This document shows, in pieces, positions 63,074-64,000 of a stretch of DNA of 64,000 nt. This DNA is from an uncultured Bacteriovoracaceae bacterium (GTDB taxonomy: Bacteria; Bdellovibrionota; Bacteriovoracia; Bacteriovoracales; Bacteriovoracaceae): NCBI GenBank assembly GCA_950054155.1, contig CATLOT010000004.1:71098-135097 (forward strand), given 5' to 3'. A program made the position numbers and the translations under genes. Positions within the stretch are counted from its first letter, which is position 1, and each line of letters opens with the position of its first letter. The notes under the pieces were generated by a model, which was not told the DNA's origin, searched no databases, and saw only the letters and a list, made by a program, of their open reading frames with translations.

Positions 63074-64000
63074 AGGCTCTTACTTTTTCTATATCCGATG
63101 AGGCCACGATCCCTGAGCTGGATAGGTTAGCGAAAGAAATCTTTGAGAATAAAGTTACTCATCTTGCGTGGGTCGATCATTATCCTCATCCTGGTGCATT
63201 TTTAGAATATCTGAAGAATAATTTTTCCGATGAATTGCAAGAGAATCCTTTGAAAGTGGTCATTCACATTTTTGGAGACTTTATTCTTCATAGTCCTCAG
63301 TGGTTTAAGCACTTTTCAAAATGGAATGGAGAGAGTTTAAAAATTCAGTTAGTGGCCGCTTCCCATAGACAGGGGAGGCTTGTCGATCAATTCCTGAAAG
63401 AAAGTGGATGTGAGATCATTCCCTTTCCCGTTAATAAAAGTGAATTTTCTTTTGATCAGAAGTTGAGAATAAGTAAGCGAAAGTCACTCAACGTAGAGGA
63501 AGAGGAGCACCTCTTTTTTTACAGCGGTCGACTAAGCTATCAAAAAAATATTTTTGATATTATAAATGGCTTCTGCCAATTCTATAAAATGACGAATTCC
63601 CACTGTCGCTTATTAATAGCCGGTCCAATGGATGACCTCGGAATTCCCTATATTGGAAAAGAAGCTCTTGAAGGGACATTCTATTTTCATTGGGAAGAAT
63701 GCATGAATTCCTTACCCGAAGGTATCCGAAATAAAATTACCTATCTTGGAAACGTTACTCCTTTGGAGTTAAAAGAATACTATTGTGCCGCTGACACCTA
63801 TCTGAGTATGAGCTGTCATAATGATGAGGATTATGGAATGGCCCCGGCAGAAGCTCTGATGTGTGGACTTCCCTGCATTCTCAGTGATTGGGGAGGATTT
63901 TCTTCCTTTAAGCACTATTTACCAAATGTTGTTACAACGGTTCCGATTAACCTTAGCCAACACCGCCAAGCTCCAGATAATTTGAAGGTGACAAAGGCTA
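62977..64000 (+). CDS. Glycosyltransferase family 4 (GT-B), 3' partial (runs off window end); start uncertain
   Basis: My translation of frame 1 is open from 62965 to 64000. It contains 'LFFYSGRLSYQKN', 'LLIAGP' and the EX7E box 'EDYGMAPAEALMCGLPCILSDWGGF' (first Glu at 63826, about residue 284 from GTG 62977). This ORF is not in the supplied track because no stop lies in the window. Confidence 0.7.
   Translation, partial: MKLAVVKKQNQSSWRSCQSITSNLELAYEEFSKALTFSISDEATIPELDRLAKEIFENKVTHLAWVDHYPHPGAFLEYLKNNFSDELQENPLKVVIHIFGDFILHSPQWFKHFSKWNGESLKIQLVAASHRQGRLVDQFLKESGCEIIPFPVNKSEFSFDQKLRISKRKSLNVEEEEHLFFYSGRLSYQKNIFDIINGFCQFYKMTNSHCRLLIAGPMDDLGIPYIGKEALEGTFYFHWEECMNSLPEGIRNKITYLGNVTPLELKEYYCAADTYLSMSCHNDEDYGMAPAEALMCGLPCILSDWGGFSSFKHYLPNVVTTVPINLSQHRQAPDNLKVTKA

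Noticed and set aside
1-64000. CRISPR arrays, tandem repeats, IS elements, rRNA and tRNA genes
   Set aside because: Reading the intergenic regions (all 312 bp or shorter) shows no repeat-spacer periodicity, no terminal inverted repeats flanking a transposase-like ORF, and no cloverleaf-like or rRNA-like segments. This was a by-eye scan only, and short dispersed repeats could have been missed.

Overview
AT-rich (roughly 40% GC by eye), very densely coding chromosomal segment with about 65 genes on both strands. Many gene junctions overlap by 1-30 bp. I found no rRNA, tRNA, CRISPR array, transposase or integrase by reading. The many predicted lipoproteins and secreted proteins, the TIGR03545/TIGR03546-like pair and the codon style suggest a Bdellovibrio-like or Bacteriovoracales-type organism; this is inference only.

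Content, left to right:
- 3' part of a CzcA/CusA heavy-metal RND pump, translationally coupled to a tiny secreted Cys/His-rich peptide.
- A sensor kinase cut by one in-frame TAA.
- A lipoprotein alpha-dioxygenase/cyclooxygenase-like haem peroxidase.
- A fused double-ATPase ABC protein and a 945-aa secreted, partly disordered protein.
- DOPA-dioxygenase-like, UPF0016 and SIP genes.
- A metzincin-like lipoprotein, DUF898 and M48 protease trio.
- An LTXXQ(Spy/CpxP-like), ECF sigma and anti-sigma operon with an ECF-type promoter.
- Two ABC-F proteins, one with a degenerate ATP site 2.
- An orphan AcrB-type RND pump, plus Na/Pi, NRAMP and SSS transporters.
- A TIGR03545/6-like pair, a PAS-wHTH regulator and a membrane-anchored HNH nuclease.
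- A four-gene envelope operon with two CxxCH proteins.
- dps-oxyR, a thioredoxin and metG.
- An MltD-like transglycosylase that apparently needs a non-canonical start codon.
- csp, and a DEAD-box helicase fused to a Jag-like KH/R3H module.
- At the right end, a surface-glycan type locus: GT4 glycosyltransferase, S26-like peptidase and a Wzm/Wzt-type ABC exporter.

The most unusual element follows that locus. It is a six-gene operon headed by a 151-aa protein that is almost only a self-cleaving S74 intramolecular-chaperone domain. That gene overlaps a radical-SAM enzyme whose Twitch/SPASM-like cysteine motif lies N-terminal to the CX3CX2C core. All functional calls rest on motifs I recognise in the supplied translations. 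No database search was run.
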